A stretch of DNA of 63,107 nt, taken from Bacteroidota bacterium. Its GTDB lineage: Bacteria > Bacteroidota > Bacteroidia > Bacteroidales > JAIPAH01. A program made the translations under genes and the position numbers. The notes beneath the pieces were generated by a model that was given only the letters and a program-made list of their open reading frames with translations, was not told the DNA's origin and searched no databases. The stretch lies in the NCBI GenBank assembly GCA_021767705.1, contig JAASSU010000002.1:1-63107 (forward strand), written 5' to 3'. The first letter of the stretch is position 1. Each line of letters begins with the position of its first letter. Shown here piece by piece: positions 10,912-20,791 of the stretch.

Positions 10912-10922
10912 CAGCAACAACC

Positions 10923-12266
10923 ATGAATAAGATATTATTAATCATACAGCGCGAATACCTTATCAGGGTAAAAAAGAGATCGTTTATCATCATGACTATC
11001 CTGGGCCCGATTTTGATGGCCTCACTGATGATTGTGCCGGTTTACCTGGCTCAGATGCAAAGTGGCGACACCAAGGATATCGCAATTATTGATGAATCGG
11101 GAATTTATGATAACACGTTTAGGGACAGCGAAAACTATAAATATTCCCAGCTTGATTTACCAATCGATGAAGCGAAGGATAAGCTCCCGGAGCTGGACTA
11201 TTATGCCCTGCTCTATATTCCTGAAACCAAAGTTATCCTTCCTGAAAATGCCGTGGTATACTCTAACAATCAAATTACGCTGGAGGTAAAAAGCCACCTG
11301 AAGGGCTTGATGGAAAAACGCATTGAAGACCTCAAGCTCAAAGCCAGCGGCATCGACAAGGAAACCCTCATATCGACCCAGGCAAACATCAATTTGTCCA
11401 CCATCAAACTCGACGAGAGCGGCGACGAGGAGAAGAGCTTTGCTGAGGTGGCCATGGCCGTAGGGTTCTTTAGTGCACTGGTCATCTACTTCTTCATCTT
11501 CATTTTTGGTGCGCAGGTGATGCGTGGTGTTATCGAAGAGAAAACCAACCGCATTGTCGAAGTCATCGTTTCTTCTGTAAAGCCTTTCCAGTTGATGATG
11601 GGGAAAATCCTCGGCATTGCCATGGTGGGTTTAACACAAATTCTGCTTTGGGTGATACTTACTTTTGGAATCTACACCGTATTTACTACCATCTACGCCG
11701 ATACGCTGAACGTGAAAAACACGCAAGAATTGATGATGCAGCAGCAGGGCATATCGAGCGCAATGGGTGCCAGCCAGGAGCAGATTACCGAACAGGTATC
11801 AAACCCGCAGGTGGCCAAAGTCTTTGAAATCATCGGCTCCATCAATTTCGCACTTATCATCGGAAGTTTCCTTTTCTTCTTCCTTTTCGGATACCTGATG
11901 TACTCGGCACTCTTTGCTGCCATTGGATCGGCGGTGGATAATGAAACAGACACCCAGCAGTTTATGCTGCCGGTGACAGCACCTCTGATTCTGGCCATCA
12001 TTGTGGCGCAGTTTGTGGTGCAAAACCCCGAAGGGCCATTGGCTTTCTGGTTCAGCATCATTCCGTTCACCTCCCCCATTGTGATGATGATAAGGATTCC
12101 GTTTGGCGTGCCGGTACTCGATATGGCTCTGGCAATGTTCTTGTTGGTGGCCGGATTCATATTCACTACATGGCTGGCCGGAAAGATCTACCGCACAGGC
12201 ATTTTAATGTACGGAAAGAAAATCGATTACAAGGAACTGTGGAAATGGATACGCCACGGAAGCTGA
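10923..12266 (+). CDS. ABC-2 type transporter permease (NatB-like)
   Basis: 447-aa ORF with an N-terminal TM helix, a large extracytoplasmic loop and about five C-terminal TM helices. It starts 11 nt after the ATPase gene. Confidence 0.85.
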   Translation: MNKILLIIQREYLIRVKKRSFIIMTILGPILMASLMIVPVYLAQMQSGDTKDIAIIDESGIYDNTFRDSENYKYSQLDLPIDEAKDKLPELDYYALLYIPETKVILPENAVVYSNNQITLEVKSHLKGLMEKRIEDLKLKASGIDKETLISTQANINLSTIKLDESGDEEKSFAEVAMAVGFFSALVIYFFIFIFGAQVMRGVIEEKTNRIVEVIVSSVKPFQLMMGKILGIAMVGLTQILLWVILTFGIYTVFTTIYADTLNVKNTQELMMQQQGISSAMGASQEQITEQVSNPQVAKVFEIIGSINFALIIGSFLFFFLFGYLMYSALFAAIGSAVDNETDTQQFMLPVTAPLILAIIVAQFVVQNPEGPLAFWFSIIPFTSPIVMMIRIPFGVPVLDMALAMFLLVAGFIFTTWLAGKIYRTGILMYGKKIDYKELWKWIRHGS

Positions 12267-12315
12267 TTCAAAGGAAAACAGATAAATTTGCACCAAGACA
12301 AGAAGGTCAAACGCT

Positions 12316-13470
12316 ATGAAAATATTAATCGTTGACGACGAACGAAGTATAAGGAACTCCTTAAGGGAAATCCTTGAATTTGAGAAGTACAAGGTGGAAG
12401 AGGCCGTAGACGGTGAAGAAGCCCTGGAGAAGATCAAAAACACCCTTTACGATCTAATCCTCTGCGACATCAAGATGCCTAAAAAGGATGGGATTGAGGT
12501 ATTGGAGCAGGGACTGATGGTTACCGAAGCTCCCTTTATTATGATTTCCGGACACGGAAATATTGAAACCGCCGTGGACGCCCTCAAGAAAGGGGCTTAT
12601 GACTACATCGAGAAACCACTCGACCTCAACCGCTTGCTGGTGACCGTGCGCAATGCCATGGAGAAAAAGGATTTGGTTAATGAGACGAAAATTCTGAAAA
12701 AGCGGGTCAGCAACAAGTACCAGATGGTGGGCGAGTCGGAGATGATTAACCAGGTGAGGGATATGATTAACAAGGTGGCTCCCACCGACGCCCGCGTCCT
12801 GATTACCGGCCCCAACGGTACGGGAAAAGAGCTGGTGGCGCGGCAGCTTCATGAAAAAAGCTCCCGCTCAAAGAGCCCGTTTATTGAAGTAAACTGCGCG
12901 GCTATTCCCGGAGAGCTGATCGAAAGTGAGCTTTTTGGTCATGAGAAAGGCTCGTTTACCAGTGCTATCAAGCAGCGCAAGGGCGATTTTGAGCAGGCCG
13001 ACGGTGGCACCCTGTTCCTCGATGAAATTGGGGACATGAGCCTTTCGGCGCAAGCCAAAGTGTTAAGGGCGCTCGAAGAGAGCAAAATCACGAGGATTGG
13101 TGGCGACAAGGAAATTAAGGTGGATGTGCGTGTTATTGCGGCCACCAACAAAGACCTCAGGCAGGAAATTGAAAAGGGCAACTTCCGCGAAGACCTTTAC
13201 CACCGGTTGTCGGTCATCCTGATAAAGGTTCCTGCACTGAAAAAACGTGCCGATGACATTCCTTTGCTGGCCAGCCATTTTATTACCGACATCAGTGCGG
13301 GAATGGGCAAGAAAACCCCGGAGTTTACCGAAGAAGCCCTTTCTGAGCTGAAGAACCTGCCCTGGACCGGAAACATCAGGGAGCTGCGAAATGTAGTGGA
13401 ACGCCTGACCATCCTTTGTGATGAAAAAATTACAGGGAAAGACGTGAAGCAACTGGCGCAACCGCTTTAA
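12316..13470 (+). CDS. Sigma-54-dependent response regulator (REC + AAA+ domains) lacking a C-terminal HTH
   Basis: REC domain (ILIVDDE..., LILCDIKMP), Walker A GPNGTGKE, Walker B TLFLDEIG, sigma-54 contact loop GSFTSA, and GNIRELRNVVER. The protein ends about 30 aa later with no Fis-type HTH. Confidence 0.9.
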   Translation: MKILIVDDERSIRNSLREILEFEKYKVEEAVDGEEALEKIKNTLYDLILCDIKMPKKDGIEVLEQGLMVTEAPFIMISGHGNIETAVDALKKGAYDYIEKPLDLNRLLVTVRNAMEKKDLVNETKILKKRVSNKYQMVGESEMINQVRDMINKVAPTDARVLITGPNGTGKELVARQLHEKSSRSKSPFIEVNCAAIPGELIESELFGHEKGSFTSAIKQRKGDFEQADGGTLFLDEIGDMSLSAQAKVLRALEESKITRIGGDKEIKVDVRVIAATNKDLRQEIEKGNFREDLYHRLSVILIKVPALKKRADDIPLLASHFITDISAGMGKKTPEFTEEALSELKNLPWTGNIRELRNVVERLTILCDEKITGKDVKQLAQPL

Positions 13471-13517
13471 ACTGCAACGAAAAAAAATAGAGGTGTAAAG
13501 TTGATTACTTATAGATT

Positions 13518-13553
13518 CCCGCCCGAACGACAAAAGTCATTCAGTCGGGCGGG
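13518..13553 (+). terminator. GC-rich hairpin downstream of the sigma-54 regulator gene (possible terminator)
   Basis: CCCGCCCGA (13518-13526) pairs with TCGGGCGGG (13545-13553), a 9-bp stem with an 18-nt loop. There is no clean U-tract. Confidence 0.4.
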
Positions 13554-13647
13554 TCTCCTTCAGGCACTTTTTCCAGGCTTTAGTTTTAAATCATAACGGT
13601 GTGGGTAAGTGCCTTCAGTCGAAAAGACGCTTGTATGGGAAAAATCA

Positions 13648-13707
13648 GCAAAAGGGATGCGCTGACGCCATTGATTACAAATTACTGTGTCAGCGCATCC
13701 CTTTTGC
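13648..13707. repeat. Perfect 19-bp inverted repeat (hairpin) in a long intergenic gap
   Basis: GCAAAAGGGATGCGCTGAC (13648-13666) is the exact reverse complement of GTCAGCGCATCCCTTTTGC (13689-13707), with a 22-nt loop. Confidence 0.85.
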
Positions 13708-13993
13708 TTCGTCTGACATATAAATCCCGTCATTTCGTACCGAGGCCTCCATTTGCTTTATGAGAAATTCTTCCTTTTGAGCTAAAAGAGAGGAATTAAG
13801 ATGTTATTGAGCGTAATAGGCCGAGGGAGAAATCTATTGACTTTGGCTTATCATTCATATTTCTGAATAACCGGGCTAAAAACCACAAAATAATCTGTGA
13901 AAATCAGTTCAATCTGTATTATCAGTGTTCTGATATTTTAATTTTGGAATAGCGGCTTGTCCGGTTTAGGGATTCTCTATCTTTGTGATTCAT

Positions 13994-15454
13994 ATGAACA
14001 CTGGCACACTTGCAGAAAGACTGGCGAAATATTTTGTTTCGGAATTGCCTCATCATCCAACCGATGATCAACGGGAGCTGATAGAGAAGCTCTCGTATTT
14101 TACCACAAGCACCAACAACGAGGAATTGTTCCTGCTCAAAGGCTATGCAGGCACAGGCAAAACCACACTGGTGAGCACCCTGATTAACATCCTGCCAAAG
14201 ATCAGGAAAAAGTCTGTGTTGCTGGCACCCACAGGCCGGGCAGCCAAAGTACTGTCGGGATATTCGGGGAAAAGTGCTTTTACTATCCACAAAAAAATCT
14301 ACCACCTCTATGCCCGTAAAGACGGGAGCATGAAGGTTACGCTTCAGAAGAACCTTCATAAAAACACCTTGTTTTTTGTTGATGAATCTTCGATGATTCC
14401 CGATGTCAATCGCGGCGAAAGCCGTTTTGGGCAGCGCAGCCTCCTCGACGACCTTCTCGAATATATCTACAGCAGTCCGGGATGCAAGGCGGTTTTGATT
14501 GGCGACACCGCCCAGCTTCCGCCGGTAGGGCTGGATATCAGTCCGGCCCTCGACCAGGAATTTTTGCGCACTTCCTACAGCCTCGACATTATTTCCGGGG
14601 AACTTACCCAGGTGGTACGCCAGGAAAAAGATTCCGGGATACTCAGCAATGCCACGCAGTTGCGCAACAAGCTCGAAGAGGAAGATTATGATTTTCCTTT
14701 CTTTAAAACGTCCTCTTTACCACAGATTTTCCGCATCGACGGCACACAGCTCGAAGAATCTCTGATGGATGCCTTTAATGGCCGGCCGGCCAACGAGTCG
14801 GTGGTCGTCACCCGCTCCAACAAAAGGGCCAACATCTATAACCAGGAAATCCGCAAGCGCATCCTGATGCGCCATGAGGAGCTGGAAGCCGGCGACTCGA
14901 TGATGGTGGTGAAAAACAACTATTTCTGGTTGCCCGAAGAATCGAAAGCCGGGTTTATTGCCAATGGCGACATCCTCGAAATCCTCCGCATCAGGGGATT
15001 TGAGGAGATGTATGGTTTTCACTTTGCGGATGCGACGGTGCAACTCATCGACTATCCCGACGAAAAGGAGCTGGATGTAAAGCTGCTGCTCGACACGGTC
15101 ACCTCCGAAAGCCCTTCGCTGACATACGACGAAAATCAGACACTTTTCCAGAATGTGATGGAAGATTATAAAGACATCAGCCAAAAGAAAAAGCGGATGG
15201 AGTTGCTGAAAGCAAACCCCTATTTCAACGCCTTGCAGGTGAAGTTTGCCTATGCCCTCACCTGCCATAAAACGCAGGGCGGACAGTGGGACCATGTTTT
15301 TGTGGAGCAAGGGTTCTTTAAAGATGACATGCTGAACAAAGATTTTCTCAGGTGGCTCTACACCGCAGTTACCCGCGCCAGCCATGAACTTTATCTTGTA
15401 AATTTCAAGAGAGAGTTTTATGAAGATGACGACAGTGTCATTTTCTATGATTAG
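13994..15454 (+). CDS. RecD-like SF1 DNA helicase (AAA_30 / UvrD_C_2 type)
   Basis: Walker A GYAGTGKTT, Walker B FFVDESSM, C-terminal ALTCHKTQGGQWDHVF and YTAVTRA. I prefer the ATG at 13994 to the track's GTG at 13985, which overlaps a TAtcTTTG box (13978-13985). Confidence 0.85.
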   Translation: MNTGTLAERLAKYFVSELPHHPTDDQRELIEKLSYFTTSTNNEELFLLKGYAGTGKTTLVSTLINILPKIRKKSVLLAPTGRAAKVLSGYSGKSAFTIHKKIYHLYARKDGSMKVTLQKNLHKNTLFFVDESSMIPDVNRGESRFGQRSLLDDLLEYIYSSPGCKAVLIGDTAQLPPVGLDISPALDQEFLRTSYSLDIISGELTQVVRQEKDSGILSNATQLRNKLEEEDYDFPFFKTSSLPQIFRIDGTQLEESLMDAFNGRPANESVVVTRSNKRANIYNQEIRKRILMRHEELEAGDSMMVVKNNYFWLPEESKAGFIANGDILEILRIRGFEEMYGFHFADATVQLIDYPDEKELDVKLLLDTVTSESPSLTYDENQTLFQNVMEDYKDISQKKKRMELLKANPYFNALQVKFAYALTCHKTQGGQWDHVFVEQGFFKDDMLNKDFLRWLYTAVTRASHELYLVNFKREFYEDDDSVIFYD

Positions 15455-15489
15455 TTTTATATCTTTATCAGGATAAAAATTACTTAGTT

Positions 15490-16974
15490 ATGAGCTCAAA
15501 TAAATCTAAAATAACCTTAATCACCTTTGTATCGATCACTCTTATTGTTGTGCTCATCGGATTTTCCGGTGTGCAATACGGCATCAGCAACATCAGAAAA
15601 AAGTATATTGAACAACACTTGGATTTAAACCAGCGCACGGCCCGCACCGTATCCAACCTACTGTCAGAGCAGATTGAAAAAGGGGCTGATATGGAAGCAG
15701 TGCTGGATATGTTTCAGAAGGCCATTGCCGGAAGCCACATTAACGAAGGTTATTTATGCATGTTTGATCAGAAAACGGCCAAACTGCTTTGCCACCCTAA
15801 CACAGAAATGATTGGGGTGAAAGTGGATCAACCATCCTATCAATTTGAGAACCTTCTGGAAAATCAGCAGCAAATCCTGGGTGAAGTGGTACAGTCGAAC
15901 AAAAATGAAGGGGGTATTCTCACACTTAAAGGTGAAAACCGTTCTGAAATCACTTATATGGTTCCGGTTAAAGGTACATCCTGGAAAGTGTCGGTACATG
16001 AAAACACCGCTAAGCTTGAAGCCAACCTCAGCAAGCTTCAAAACAGGGCACATATCGGCTTTATCATTCTGGCACTGATAACTTCGATACTTGCCACCAT
16101 TGTTGCCCGCCGGGTGAGCGCTTCTTATGAAAGAAAGATTGAATCGCAGAATGAAGAGCTGGAGGAACAAAACGAAAAAATACAAGATCAAAAAGAAACG
16201 ATAGAGGAGTATGCTTCAACGCTCGAAGACAAAGTAAAAGAAAGGACTGTTGAGTTGCAAAAAGCCAATGCTAAACTCAGGCACCTTGAAAAAGCCAAAT
16301 CGGATTTCCTGGGAATTATCAGTCATGAATTAAGAACACCTCTCAATGGTATCATCGGCTTTACCGATATTCTGGAACATGAACTTCAAGGAACGGATCA
16401 TTTCGAATCGGTACAAAACATCAAAATATCCGGGCAACGCTTAATGAATTTTTCGGAAACAGCACTCCTGATTACCGAGCTAACCTCACAAAACACAAAG
16501 CTTGATTTTGAAGAAAAATACATCCGCGATATTTTCAGGCAAACAAAAAAATCTTTTGACAAGCAACTCAAAGATAAAAACATTACGCTGCATCAAAATC
16601 ATCCCGAACAAGCTGTTTTGCTATTAGTTGTGCCCGAACTGATACAACAATGCTTTCATAACATCCTGAAGAATGCTTTAAAATATACTCCTGAAGAGGG
16701 AGAAATTTTTGTTGACTGCTACAAAAAAAATAAAGACTTTATTTGTGATATCAGGGATACGGGCCCCGGCTTTTCGGATGAAGCGTTAAGTAAGCTTTTT
16801 GATTATTTCGGCGCAGATAAAGTCATGAACCACTCAGAAGGTTTTGGCCTTGGACTTGCCGCCGCCAATCTTATCATGGAAGCACATTCAGGTAAGATTG
16901 AGGTTAAAAATTGCGAAGACGAAAAAGGAGGTGCTGAAGTGAAGCTCATTTTTGATAATATTATAGAAAAATGA
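15490..16974 (+). CDS. Sensor histidine kinase (TM, extracytoplasmic sensor domain, coiled coil, HisKA, HATPase_c)
   Basis: H-box SHELRTPLNGI, N-box NILKNALKYT, G-boxes DTGPGF and GFGLGLA. Two TM segments flank a sensor domain of about 150 aa. Confidence 0.9.
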   Translation: MSSNKSKITLITFVSITLIVVLIGFSGVQYGISNIRKKYIEQHLDLNQRTARTVSNLLSEQIEKGADMEAVLDMFQKAIAGSHINEGYLCMFDQKTAKLLCHPNTEMIGVKVDQPSYQFENLLENQQQILGEVVQSNKNEGGILTLKGENRSEITYMVPVKGTSWKVSVHENTAKLEANLSKLQNRAHIGFIILALITSILATIVARRVSASYERKIESQNEELEEQNEKIQDQKETIEEYASTLEDKVKERTVELQKANAKLRHLEKAKSDFLGIISHELRTPLNGIIGFTDILEHELQGTDHFESVQNIKISGQRLMNFSETALLITELTSQNTKLDFEEKYIRDIFRQTKKSFDKQLKDKNITLHQNHPEQAVLLLVVPELIQQCFHNILKNALKYTPEEGEIFVDCYKKNKDFICDIRDTGPGFSDEALSKLFDYFGADKVMNHSEGFGLGLAAANLIMEAHSGKIEVKNCEDEKGGAEVKLIFDNIIEK

Positions 16975-18218
16975 GTCGCCCGTATAGTTTTACTAAAGAC
17001 CTGCAATACTATCGGTTTTGCTTGTATGGATTCCTGAAAAACCTGCGCTTTTTCGAACCTTTCCTGCTGCTTTTCTTTCTCGAAAATGACCTCTCCTATC
17101 TTGAAATCGGGATTCTGTACAGCACCCTCGAAATTGTAAGAAACCTCTCTGAAATCCCGGCAGGCTTTGTTTCCGACCTGCTTGGCCGCAGAAGAACGAT
17201 GGTAGCTTCGTTTGGGCTTTACATCGTGTCGTTTATCCTTTTCTACTTCTCACATTCTTTTGCCATGTTTTTTCCGGTCATCATAGTTTTTGCCCTGGGA
17301 GATGCCTTCCGCACCGGCACGCACAAAGCCATGATTTTCTCTTACCTGAAAATAAAGGGCTGGCAAAACGAGAAAACCACGTACTATGGATTCACCCGCT
17401 CATGGTCGCAGGTAGGCTCGGCGGTGTCATCACTCTTTGCCGGAGCCATCATTTTTATGGATGGCAATTACCGGACGATATTTCTTTTCACCATTATTCC
17501 CTACATTCTGGATATGGTCAACATTGCCACCTACCCCTCAATGCTGGAAGGCGTATCGGGTAAACACAAAAACATCAAAGAATCGTTCAGATATGTGTGG
17601 CAAGGGTTCAGGCAATCGTTCAAAAGCCTGCTGATTGTAAAAACCCTGGCCAACACCTCATCGCACAGCGGATATTACAAGGCCGTCAAGGATTACCTTC
17701 AGCCACTGGTTAAAACCCTGACACTTTCTGTTCCGTTTCTTGCTGCTTACGACAAAGAACAGCGCGCAGCTATTTTTATCGGGGTCATTTACTTTGTGGT
17801 TTACATGATCACATCACAGGCTTCGAGGAATGCCGGACGGCTGAAAAACAAATTCAGCCATATCAGTCTGCCCCTGAACGTAACTATGATAGTTGGATTT
17901 GCCCTGGGAGCCGCCGGTGGTATCTTTTATGAGAGTGGAATTGTTTGGGCAGCGGTGTTGCTGTTTCTGGGAATCTTTATCATGGAAAACCTGCGCAAGC
18001 CTATTGGGATGGACTACGTTTCGGAGAAACTCGACGAAGACTCGATGGCCACTGCCCTTTCGGTCGAATCGCAAAGCAAATCGCTAATCGCTGCATTGCT
18101 CGCGCCTGCCCTGGGATATTTTGCCGACAGCTTCGGAATTGGCTATGGATTGGCCGCCACTTCCGGCATCCTGCTCCTGCTTGCTCCCTTTATCCTTGCC
18201 GGGAAAAAAGAGAATTGA
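16971..18218 (+). CDS. MFS-type transporter
   Basis: 415-aa polytopic membrane protein with about 12 predicted helices and an MFS-like loop motif (GFVSDLLGRRR). Its start overlaps the kinase stop by 4 nt (ATGA). Confidence 0.75.
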   Translation: MSRPYSFTKDLQYYRFCLYGFLKNLRFFEPFLLLFFLENDLSYLEIGILYSTLEIVRNLSEIPAGFVSDLLGRRRTMVASFGLYIVSFILFYFSHSFAMFFPVIIVFALGDAFRTGTHKAMIFSYLKIKGWQNEKTTYYGFTRSWSQVGSAVSSLFAGAIIFMDGNYRTIFLFTIIPYILDMVNIATYPSMLEGVSGKHKNIKESFRYVWQGFRQSFKSLLIVKTLANTSSHSGYYKAVKDYLQPLVKTLTLSVPFLAAYDKEQRAAIFIGVIYFVVYMITSQASRNAGRLKNKFSHISLPLNVTMIVGFALGAAGGIFYESGIVWAAVLLFLGIFIMENLRKPIGMDYVSEKLDEDSMATALSVESQSKSLIAALLAPALGYFADSFGIGYGLAATSGILLLLAPFILAGKKEN

Positions 18219-18346
18219 GTTGTAAAAAATAGTTTTGTTAATAATTTCTTTACGAAAGTATAAATAATTGTGAAATAGGGTATTAAGCCAAACATGGCAA
18301 TAGATCTTCCGTTAAATTAGGGAGTGAAATTAATTAAGGAGGATTT

Positions 18347-19405
18347 ATGAATGCTAAAGCGATTATATTAACGACAATTACCGCAATTCTGAGTTTACTG
18401 GCAACGGCCCAGAACGGTTTGGTGGCGCATTGGAGTTTTGACAACATGAGTGGGGATACCATTTTTGATTTTTCGGGGAATGATTACCACGGCAACAACT
18501 ACGGAGCTGTAATCATTGATGGAAAAGTGGGGGAGGCACTGGCATTTGATGGATTAAATGATTATGCCCGCATCACTGAGAATGGGTCGGCACCACCTGA
18601 AGTTCTGAGAAGTTTGGGTAAAGGTTCTATTTCACTCTGGTTTAAGGTGGATGTTATTCCAACGGATTATGGCATTGCACCGATGTTCTTTTATGGTGCA
18701 GAAGAAATGTGTGATTTTTTTGATGCAGCAAACCAGGGAATGATCATAGAACTCGGTCACAGCCCGATATTTCCGGGTTCAGAAGAGTTGTTCTTTACGA
18801 TGTGGAAGAACGGTTGCACTTATCCTTCATTCTGTTTCGATTCTAATTTCCCGATTCCCGAAGGAGAATGGGTTCACTTTGTAGCCGTAGTGGGCGAAGA
18901 TTTTAATACCGGATACCTGAATGGCTATGAAATGACCAACCGGTTTTACAACTTTGGTAATTCTGAGGAATCTCAGTTTTTTGAAGATGCTGTGGTTCAC
19001 GAGGCACTGTGGTTTGGGAAAGGGCACTGGGACGAAACCGTACAATATTTTGACGGGGCTATCGACGAGGTAAGGATTTACGATCGGCCTCTTACCAGCC
19101 AGGAAGTGGAAGAGCTCTACAGTGATACGGCTATGATTACATCAGTGAATTCTTTGCCAAAGCCTTCCAGTATCAAAGTCCACCCAAATCCGGCAAGCAA
19201 TACTATTTATTTTGATGTATCCGGTTCGCAAGAGCAGCCCGAATCAATTGAATTAATAGGCCCGGGTGGGCAAATGGTATTGAAACAGCAAGTTTCGGGG
19301 AGTTCAGGGAAAATTTCATTGGCCGGAATGACCAATGGACTCTATATTCTCAAAATCTACTTCGACAAGGGCGTTATACGTAAAAAAGTATTGATAAACA
19401 ATTAG
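18347..19405 (+). CDS. Secreted LamG-domain protein with a T9SS type-A C-terminal sorting domain
   Basis: Signal peptide; concanavalin/LamG signature (LVAHWSFDN..., IDEVRIYDRPLT); C-terminal KVHPNPASNTIYFD...GLYILKIYFDKG, typical of Por secretion tails. Confidence 0.8.
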   Translation: MNAKAIILTTITAILSLLATAQNGLVAHWSFDNMSGDTIFDFSGNDYHGNNYGAVIIDGKVGEALAFDGLNDYARITENGSAPPEVLRSLGKGSISLWFKVDVIPTDYGIAPMFFYGAEEMCDFFDAANQGMIIELGHSPIFPGSEELFFTMWKNGCTYPSFCFDSNFPIPEGEWVHFVAVVGEDFNTGYLNGYEMTNRFYNFGNSEESQFFEDAVVHEALWFGKGHWDETVQYFDGAIDEVRIYDRPLTSQEVEELYSDTAMITSVNSLPKPSSIKVHPNPASNTIYFDVSGSQEQPESIELIGPGGQMVLKQQVSGSSGKISLAGMTNGLYILKIYFDKGVIRKKVLINN

Positions 19406-19520
19406 TGACGTACTGAAAAGTCCGCTTTTCTTAACCATTTACCAGTTTTGAGTTTGTCATATTGTGAATTGAGATTTATTGTTTAGATTGTGCTTGTCCA
19501 CGTTAGGTATTAACCTATGA

Positions 19521-20672
19521 TTATTCTGTTTGATAGCGTGGTATTCTTGAAGGCAGCCTGGTCAGCAGTTCGTAGTTCATACTGTTGTTCATATCGCTGA
19601 ACGAACTGACTGTGATGGTCTTTTCTCCCTGTTCGCCTATTAATACCACTTCATCGTGTACTTTCACTTCCGGTAAATCTGTTACATCTACAACCATCAT
19701 GTTCATGTTAACGGCCCCTACCACCGGAACACGTTTTCCGTTGATGAGCACATGCCCCATATTGCTCAGGTTTCTGCTAAACCCATAACCGTAACCAACG
19801 GGAACAGTGGCTATTTTGCTGTCGCGGTTGGTAATATAACTGGCACCATAGCTAACATACTCATTTTCTTTTACCCGGTTAACGCTCATTACTTTGCTTT
19901 TCCACGATAAGACCCTTTTTAGTGGATCTTTTAGTGACTTCCCGTTTTCAAGGTGCAGCATCTTTGTTTCGTTATCGGGCCAAAATCCATAATTCGATAT
20001 GCCCACACGTACCAGATCCATCGAGGACTCAGGAAAGTTTAGCACCCCTGCAGAGCATGCAAGATGGCGGTATCCCGGTTTCAAACCTGATTGCATAAAG
20101 TTACCGCATAGTTTTTTGAATGTGCTGATTTGTTGCCTGATACGGGGAAAGTTGCCCAGGTTTTCTGCTCCTGCAAGGTGCGAGCACAAGCCTTCCAAAA
20201 CAAGGTTTTCAGAATTGGACTTTAGTGTTTCCATTACCCAGGGCAACTGGTCGTTACAAAAACCAGTGCGGTGCATCCCGGTTTCCAGCTCCACATGTAT
20301 CCTTGCAGGCTTGGAGGTCTTTTTGCTTATCTCAACCACCTTTTCAAGCCTTTCGGGGGTGAAAACAAAAAACGAAATGTCGTTCTCAATAGCCCATTCA
20401 AGATAATCATCATCAACAAAACCCATGATCATGATGTGGCACGTTTCCTCTTTGACTTTGATGGCCCGCCGGGCTTCTTCCACACTGAAGACGGAAAAAT
20501 GATCCACGCCGCATTCTTCGATCATTGGCAACAGGTCTTCAATACCATGGCCGTAGGCATTAGCCTTGATGACCATAGAGAATTTAGCTCCCGGGCCAGC
20601 CTTTTCTTTCATAAACCTGATGTTGTTGTTTAACGCACTTTTGTTTAATTCGATGTAGGATGTAAAAAGCAT
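19521..20672 (-). CDS. alr: Alanine racemase
   Basis: PLP-lysine motif VIKANAYGHG, collinear with Alr throughout. I chose the start at MLFTSYIELN (20672). The track's longer ORF (to 20747) adds 25 non-conserved residues. Confidence 0.88.
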   Translation of the reverse strand: MLFTSYIELNKSALNNNIRFMKEKAGPGAKFSMVIKANAYGHGIEDLLPMIEECGVDHFSVFSVEEARRAIKVKEETCHIMIMGFVDDDYLEWAIENDISFFVFTPERLEKVVEISKKTSKPARIHVELETGMHRTGFCNDQLPWVMETLKSNSENLVLEGLCSHLAGAENLGNFPRIRQQISTFKKLCGNFMQSGLKPGYRHLACSAGVLNFPESSMDLVRVGISNYGFWPDNETKMLHLENGKSLKDPLKRVLSWKSKVMSVNRVKENEYVSYGASYITNRDSKIATVPVGYGYGFSRNLSNMGHVLINGKRVPVVGAVNMNMMVVDVTDLPEVKVHDEVVLIGEQGEKTITVSSFSDMNNSMNYELLTRLPSRIPRYQTE

Positions 20673-20791
20673 TTTCTGTAAAAGTTTTATAATGTTAAAG
20701 TTCTCATGACTCTTTCGGAAAAAACCATGCTTCAAAAGTGGCAGCACACTTTTTTCAGGCTCTGCTCAATCCTGTTAAAGAAAAAGGCAGC

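Noticed and set aside
10287-10920. Minus-strand ORFs of 206 aa and 102 aa
   Set aside because: They lie antisense within the well-supported ABC ATPase gene and carry no recognisable motifs.
14002-14014. TGGCACACTTGCA, which resembles a sigma-54 -24/-12 promoter next to the sigma-54 activator gene
   Set aside because: The GG-to-GC spacing is 7 nt rather than 10, and the sequence lies inside the first codons of the helicase ORF.
13922-14359. 145-aa minus-strand ORF at the edge of the long intergenic gap
   Set aside because: Most of it lies antisense to the 5' part of the RecD-like helicase gene, including its Walker A region. It has no motifs.
14717-15385. 222-aa minus-strand ORF
   Set aside because: It lies antisense inside the RecD-like helicase gene, which has clear Walker A/B and UvrD_C motifs. 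It is a shadow ORF.
20673-20747. A 25-codon N-terminal extension of alr in the track ORF
   Set aside because: The extension (MLPLLKHGFFRKSHENFNIIKLLQK) is not Alr-like. The internal ATG at 20672 gives a normal-length racemase.
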